NCBI GenBank assembly: GCA_041918515.1
Contig: JAYRVO010000170.1
Location: 3,526-67,525, forward strand
Source of the DNA: Chloroflexota bacterium
Lineage (GTDB): Bacteria; Chloroflexota; Anaerolineae; J102
Length of the DNA stretch: 64,000 bases
Direction: 5' to 3'
The notes under the pieces are model-generated. The model did no database searches and had not been told where the DNA came from. It saw nothing but the letters and a program-made list of their open reading frames with translations. Made by a program: the position numbers and the translations under genes. Below, one piece after another: positions 59,321 to 64,000 of this stretch (positions are counted from its first letter, which is position 1; each line of letters starts with the position of its first letter).

Positions 59321-61315
59321 ATGAACGCGCCATTGCCTCAGCGAGTGCTTTATTACGGAAAGGATGCGCCTTTACCCGATCAGACGCCTCTGGTCGCGGG
59401 GCCGCTACGTTTGGTCTACGAAGCCGGGGATTTGCGCTACATCCGCTGGGGCGACCGGGAAATCCTGCGGCGGATTTATGTGGCCGTGCGAGATCACAAT
59501 TGGGGCACGGCGTTGCCGGTTTTGTCGAACGTCCAGATCGAGCAGGGCCAGGATTGGTTCCGCATCGCCTACGACGTGGACAACCGGCTGGGTGACATCG
59601 ATTTCTGCTGGCATGGCGAAATCCACGGCGAGGCCGATGGCGCCATCCGCTTCAGCATGGACGGCGAGGCGCACTCGACCTTTCGCCGCAACCGCATCGG
59701 CTTCTGCCTGCTGCATCCCGCCGAATGCGCGGGGGCGCCAGCCCGCATCGAGCATGTGAATGGCACAGTGGACGAGGCGCCCTTGCCGCGGCTGATCGCT
59801 CCGCAACTTGTCGTGGCCGGCGAGATCAAGCCTGTGGCCCCGTTCCAGGAAATGGCGGGGCTGGCGCACGAGGTGGGGCTGGGCCGGTGGGTCGAGTTCC
59901 GTTTCGCCGGCGACATCTTCGAGATGGAAGACCAGCGCAATTGGACCGACGCCTCGTTCAAAACTTATTGCACACCCCTGCGCCTGCCCTTTCCCCAAGA
60001 AATCCGGGCGGGGACGAAAGTCAGCCAGGCGGTGACGCTGCGTCTGCGCGCCGAAGCACAGCCTGCAGCCGGCGCATCTCTCTCGTCCGCCCGCTCTGGG
60101 CTATGGCTCGACCTGGCGACCGCGAAACCGGCGGTGGATTTGCCCCGGCTCGGCCTGGGCGTCGCCAGCCACGGGCAGCCGTTGCACGAACGCGAGATCG
60201 AGCGGCTGCGGGCGCTGCACCTTGCCCATTTGCGCGTGGATGTGCGGCTGTCCGAGCCAGACTGGGAAGTCCGATTGCAGCAGGCCGCCCTCGAAGCGCG
60301 GGCATTGGGGGCGCAACTCGAGACCGCCATTTTCCTCTCCGATGACGCCGAAAACGAGCTGGAACGATTGGGGCAGGCGCTGGCCCGGATTCAGCCGCCG
60401 GTGGCGAGCTGGCTGATCTTCCACCAAAACGAAAAATCCACCGGCGAGCGTTGGATTGACCTGGCTCGTCCCGTGCTGCTGGCCTACGACCCCACCGCCC
60501 GCATCGGTTCGGGCACGAACGTGTTTTTCACCGAACTCAACCGGGGTCGCCCGCCCGCCCACGCTCTCGATCTGGTGTGCTACTCGATCAACCCGCAGGT
60601 GCACGCTTTCGACAATCTGTCGCTGATCGAGACGCTGGCCGCGCAGGCGGCCACGATCGAGAGCGCCCGCGCTTTCAGCGACGACAAGCCTTTGGCGGTG
60701 ACGCCCATCACTTTGCGGATGCGCTTCAATCCCAACGCCACCGGCCCGGAACCGGCGCCCGCGGCGGGCGAATTGCCCCCGCAGGTGGACGAGCGGCAGA
60801 TGTCGTTGTTCGGGGCGGGGTGGACGCTGGGCAGCATCAAATATCTGGCCGAGGCCGGGACGCAAAGTCTGACCTATTACGAAACCACCGGCTGGCGGGG
60901 CGTGATGGAAACCGAGGCCGGGTCGCCGTTGCCCGACCGTTTCCCCTCACTGCCCGGCGCTGTCTTCCCGCTCTATCACGTCCTGGCCGATGTGGGCGAG
61001 TTCGCCGGCGGGCAGGTGTTGCCGCTGGCATCGAATTGCCCGATGGTCGTGGAAGGGCTGGCGTTGCGCAAAGCCGGTCGCCAACGGCTACTCGTCGCCA
61101 ATCTCAGCGCCGAGACTGTGCAGATCAACATCGCCGGCAGCGGCGCAACCGGTGGCAACGTGCGCTTTTTGGACGAGACCAACGCCATCGAGGCCATGAC
61201 TCAGCCTGAACGCTTCCGCCAGCAGCCCGGCGAACTTTTGCCTGCCCCCGACGACGTCCTCCGCCTCTCCCTCCGCCCCTTCGCCGTCGCGTGCGTTGAT
61301 TTGAGGGATAAGTAG
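59321..61315 (+). CDS. large hypothetical protein (665 aa), possibly a TIM-barrel/glycosidase-like fold
   Basis: A long ORF with high-GC codon bias and no confident motif. The track ORF starts at GTG 59306. The first in-frame ATG is at 59321. Confidence 0.5.
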   Translation: MNAPLPQRVLYYGKDAPLPDQTPLVAGPLRLVYEAGDLRYIRWGDREILRRIYVAVRDHNWGTALPVLSNVQIEQGQDWFRIAYDVDNRLGDIDFCWHGEIHGEADGAIRFSMDGEAHSTFRRNRIGFCLLHPAECAGAPARIEHVNGTVDEAPLPRLIAPQLVVAGEIKPVAPFQEMAGLAHEVGLGRWVEFRFAGDIFEMEDQRNWTDASFKTYCTPLRLPFPQEIRAGTKVSQAVTLRLRAEAQPAAGASLSSARSGLWLDLATAKPAVDLPRLGLGVASHGQPLHEREIERLRALHLAHLRVDVRLSEPDWEVRLQQAALEARALGAQLETAIFLSDDAENELERLGQALARIQPPVASWLIFHQNEKSTGERWIDLARPVLLAYDPTARIGSGTNVFFTELNRGRPPAHALDLVCYSINPQVHAFDNLSLIETLAAQAATIESARAFSDDKPLAVTPITLRMRFNPNATGPEPAPAAGELPPQVDERQMSLFGAGWTLGSIKYLAEAGTQSLTYYETTGWRGVMETEAGSPLPDRFPSLPGAVFPLYHVLADVGEFAGGQVLPLASNCPMVVEGLALRKAGRQRLLVANLSAETVQINIAGSGATGGNVRFLDETNAIEAMTQPERFRQQPGELLPAPDDVLRLSLRPFAVACVDLRDK

Positions 61316-61339
61316 GCAAGTAGGCAAGTAGACAAGTAG
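61307..61339. repeat. left junction repeat GATAAGTAGGCAAGTAGGCAAGTAGACAAGTAG (octamer GTAGGCAA x2-3); the 12-mer AAGTAGACAAGT recurs at 62225-62236
   Basis: The exact 12-bp direct repeat, extended to 15 bp as GATAAGTAG[G/A]CAAGT, flanks the low-GC segment 61340-62224. Confidence 0.8.
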
Positions 61340-61384
61340 TTGGCACGCCCCTTGCCCAATGAGTCAAACAAAAGGTCGGTAATT

Positions 61385-62059
61385 ATGAACAAGATAACAG
61401 AATTGTTTCAGGGACGCTCAAAAACTTATATAATCATCTTGATGGTGTTAGCAATAGTTGTAATAGTCACCATGTACTGGTTGATAAAAAGTCCAAGTTT
61501 CGAGTCTTTTCTTTCCTTGTTGGTTATTGTTGCAATTGCTGCCGTGTTGAGATCTCTAAAAGATGCTTCAGATATTTTTGCCGTGTCCGAAAAAGATATT
61601 GAAGTTGCTCGTGTACGTGTTGAGCAAAATCCAGATAAAGCAAAACCCGCTTGGGATTTAGCAACGGTAAAATTAGAAGCCTATTTATCAGCAAATCTAA
61701 AGCAAATAAATTGGATTTTCGGTTTAAGTGTCATTGTAATGATTGTTGGGTTTGTATTTTTAGCAATCGCCGTCTTTCTAACTTTACAAAATCCAGAATT
61801 TATTACTCCTGTAATTGTTGCTGGTGTTGGCGGTGCGCTTACTGAATTTATCGGAGCAACATTTCTTGTTTTATATCGTTCAGTAGTTGAACATTCCACC
61901 AACTTCATTAAGTCTTTAGATAAAACAAGTTCAGTCGGTGTTGCTATGCAAATATTGGACAACATATCTGCTGATAAAGATGAAATGGTTCGAGAGAAAA
62001 TTATTGACGCCAAGATTGAAGTAGCAAAACTTCTACTTTCTAACCTTTCAGAAAAATAA
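61385..62059 (+). CDS. orphan low-GC 4-TM membrane protein (horizontally acquired)
   Basis: The ORF is about 36% GC in a 65% GC genome. It has two TM hairpins separated by a ~60-aa soluble segment and ends in an amphipathic helical tail. No family call. Confidence 0.6.
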   Translation: MNKITELFQGRSKTYIIILMVLAIVVIVTMYWLIKSPSFESFLSLLVIVAIAAVLRSLKDASDIFAVSEKDIEVARVRVEQNPDKAKPAWDLATVKLEAYLSANLKQINWIFGLSVIVMIVGFVFLAIAVFLTLQNPEFITPVIVAGVGGALTEFIGATFLVLYRSVVEHSTNFIKSLDKTSSVGVAMQILDNISADKDEMVREKIIDAKIEVAKLLLSNLSEK

Positions 62060-62251
62060 TGTTCTCTTTTGCAGGCTTAGAGTCTTATAATCAAAAGCAT
62101 GCCAACAAAGCGTGCACCCGATGTGTGGGATTCTGCGGCATTTTCAAGCATTTTTCTGGCTTTGGGTTTTTTCTGCTCCCGAACAGCGTCCACGCCCACT
62201 CACACGCAGGTAACGCAAACCGATAAGTAGACAAGTGGCAGGTCGCAGACC

Positions 62252-62315
62252 CTATTTCGCAATTCGCAATTCCCATTTCGCAATTCCCAATCTCCAATAA
62301 CCAATCCCCAATCCC
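62252..62315. repeat. CAAT-heptamer tandem element ending 3 nt before the mevalonate kinase start codon
   Basis: It reads tatttcg|caattcg|caattcc|catttcg|caattcc|caatctc|caataac|caatccc|caatccc. It is closely related to copies at 63409-63464 and 9354-9405. Confidence 0.9.
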
Positions 62316-62318
62316 CCC

Positions 62319-63335
62319 ATGCCCACCCTCATCACCTCTTCCCCCGCCAAAATTATCCTTTGCGGCGACCACGGTGTGAATCGCCAGCAGCCGGCGCTGT
62401 GCACGGCCGTGGACATGCGCACCTTCTGCCGGGTCAGCACACGGTCGGACGAGCACTTCAGCTTCCGGTCGGGCGACCGCTTCGAGGAATGCACGCGGGA
62501 GCAACTGCTGGCTTTCAAAGCGCGCGTCGATGGCCTGCGCGAGGCCAAAGCCCTGGATGAGATTCGCGAGCAGGCGCGGGACTTTTTCGCCACCACGCGC
62601 TACGTATTGTCCTTCGTCGTGGACAAAGTGGGCGGGCCGGGGCTGGACATCGAATGGCGCTCGGATGTGCCGGTCAGTTCGGGGCTTGGCTCCGGCGCGG
62701 CGGCTTCGACATCGATGGCGTTGGCGGCTTTCACCCTGGCCGGACACGAGCCAACGCCGGACGAAGTGATCTGGGCGGCCTGGCAGGGCGACAACATCGC
62801 CCACGGCGGCGTGGCCTCCAGCCTGGACAGCAGCACCATCGTCAAGGGCGGGACGGTGCGTTACACGGTCAAGGATGGCGCCATCCCGCTCGACCTTTCG
62901 GCTTCGCTGCCGTTGGTCGTGGGCCAGTCGTTCGTCGCCGACCGCAGCACGGCCAAGCTCAACACCATCGTGCGCAAGTTCGTCGAGGCCCATCCCCCCA
63001 AGATGCATCTTTTCTGGGACATGGGCTGGCTGGTCGAGAACATCCAAGCCAGCATGGCCGCGGGCGATTTGCCCACACTCGGCCATCTCTTCAATCTACA
63101 TGAGCTGATCCAGGAAAAAATCGGCGCCGTCGCCCCCGAAAACGAGATGCAAATCGAGGCCGCCATCGGCGCTGGAGCGCTGGGGGCCAAAGTCTCGGGC
63201 GCGGGCGGTGGCGGCATCATCATCGCTATCGTCGAGCCAGACAAGCAGCCCGCCGTGATCGCCGCCATCGAAGCTGTCCACGGTCGCGCCTTCGCCGTGA
63301 GCACCGGCGCCCCCGGCACGCGCGTTGAGTCGTGA
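62319..63335 (+). CDS. mvk: GHMP kinase, most likely mevalonate kinase
   Basis: N-terminal PAKIILCGDHGV (compare the PGKVILFGEHAV motif), the GHMP ATP-binding motif PVSSGLGSGAAASTSMA and C-terminal GAKVSGAGGGG. Confidence 0.65.
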   Translation: MPTLITSSPAKIILCGDHGVNRQQPALCTAVDMRTFCRVSTRSDEHFSFRSGDRFEECTREQLLAFKARVDGLREAKALDEIREQARDFFATTRYVLSFVVDKVGGPGLDIEWRSDVPVSSGLGSGAAASTSMALAAFTLAGHEPTPDEVIWAAWQGDNIAHGGVASSLDSSTIVKGGTVRYTVKDGAIPLDLSASLPLVVGQSFVADRSTAKLNTIVRKFVEAHPPKMHLFWDMGWLVENIQASMAAGDLPTLGHLFNLHELIQEKIGAVAPENEMQIEAAIGAGALGAKVSGAGGGGIIIAIVEPDKQPAVIAAIEAVHGRAFAVSTGAPGTRVES

Positions 63336-63408
63336 CAAGCTGACGCCGGTCGAGTACGACCGGTGGTGACGCCGGTCGAGTAAGACCGGTGGTGACAAGG
63401 TGACGCCG

Positions 63409-63464
63409 TTATTTCGCAATTCGCAATTCGCAATCTCCAATAACCAATCTCTAATCTCTACTCC
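63409..63464. repeat. CAAT-heptamer tandem element immediately upstream of the next start codon
   Basis: It reads ttatttcg|caattcg|caattcg|caatctc|caataac|caatctc|taatctc|tactccc. The ATG lies at 63471. Confidence 0.9.
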
Positions 63465-63470
63465 CAAAAC

Positions 63471-64000
63471 CATGCAAAACACAACCTCTATCCCCAAAGG
63501 CAGAATCGTCGATTTGACGCATGTTCTGCAGCCGTTCAAAGAACAATATACATTGGAAGTCGTGCAGCGCGGCAAGCGCACCGGCCCCGAAGGCGACGTG
63601 ATGAGCGTGGTCTACATGTGGTCGCATGTGGGCACGCACGTCGAAGCCCCCTTGCACTTCCTCAGCGACGGCGGCGACACCTCATCGCTGGCCATCGAAA
63701 AACTCATGGGCCCGGCCATCGTCCTCGATTTCCGGCACAAGGCCGTGAATGAACCGATCACGCTGGCGGAAATCCAGGCGGCGGGCGATGTCCAAATCGG
63801 CGACCGGGTGCTGACCATGACCGGACGCCACACCTCGTACCGCACGCCGCAATCGCACGACCGGCCCTACATCACCGAAGAAGCTGTGCGCTGGCTGGTC
63901 GAAGACCGCAAGATCAACTGCCTGGGCACCGATAGCTCTGGCTTCGAAGTGCGCGGGGTCAGCCATCACCCGGATCATCGCCTGCTGAACAATGCCGGTG
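63471..64000 (+). CDS. putative cyclase-family protein (kynurenine formamidase-like), truncated by the window end
   Basis: MQNTTSIPKGRIVDLTHVL...HVGTHVEAPLHF carries the HxGTHxDxPxH cyclase-family motif. It runs to the window edge. Confidence 0.6.

Noticed and set aside
61681-62013. 110-aa minus-strand ORF inside the low-GC cassette
   Set aside because: It is antisense to the better-supported 4-TM gene. AT-rich DNA gives long stop-free runs only by chance here, and there is no RBS.
62091-63086. 331-aa minus-strand ORF spanning the heptamer element and the mvk gene
   Set aside because: Its N-terminus is a translation of the heptamer array (IGNCEMGIANCEIG). The remainder is antisense to the GHMP kinase.

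Overview
This is a high-GC (~65%) bacterial chromosomal window, probably from Chloroflexota. That guess rests on CSLREA-domain giant proteins, Thr/Pro linkers, a mevalonate kinase and weak Shine-Dalgarno usage. Coding density is high and runs of high-GC antisense ORFs are spurious.

The housekeeping backbone is: aspS, folD plus a formiminotetrahydrofolate cyclodeaminase-like protein, ligA, scpA, glutamine-dependent nadE, a class III aminotransferase, mevalonate kinase, an MtlD-family dehydrogenase, a K+ channel, a TauE/SafE exporter and a UPF0261 (Tm-1-like) protein.

Accessory content, in order along the window:
- A 1456-aa cytoplasmic-looking peptidoglycan hydrolase with a GH-A clan glycosidase domain, three Amidase_2/PGRP domains and 66-bp-repeat coiled coils. 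Its stop is translationally coupled to scpA.
- A 2762-aa secreted giant protein with CSLREA domains, a beta-helix, about 19 PEMFT repeats, a caspase-like His/Cys peptidase, PKD domains and an ice-binding-like C-terminus.
- Directly downstream, a co-directional five-gene cyclic-nucleotide module: a cNMP-binding protein, a NapH-like 4Fe-4S membrane domain fused to 2Fe-2S and FAD/NAD oxidoreductase domains, a tandem-CHD adenylate cyclase with STAND ATPase and TPR, an ABC exporter with a C-terminal cNMP-binding domain, and an HD hydrolase. A convergent protoglobin and a double-Rieske protein follow it.
- A toxin-antitoxin/abortive-infection island (RelE/ParE, MazEF, two AbiEii-like nucleotidyltransferases, one with AbiEi and a nested palindromic operator).
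- A ~0.9 kb low-GC (~36%) insertion encoding an orphan 4-TM protein, flanked by 12-bp direct repeats.

Non-coding structure includes a recurring CAAT-heptamer tandem element (three intergenic copies and one in-frame inside a MalT-like regulator), palindromic MITE/REP-like elements, a candidate ~235-nt structured RNA with its own promoter and terminator, and a decayed serine-hydrolase gene.
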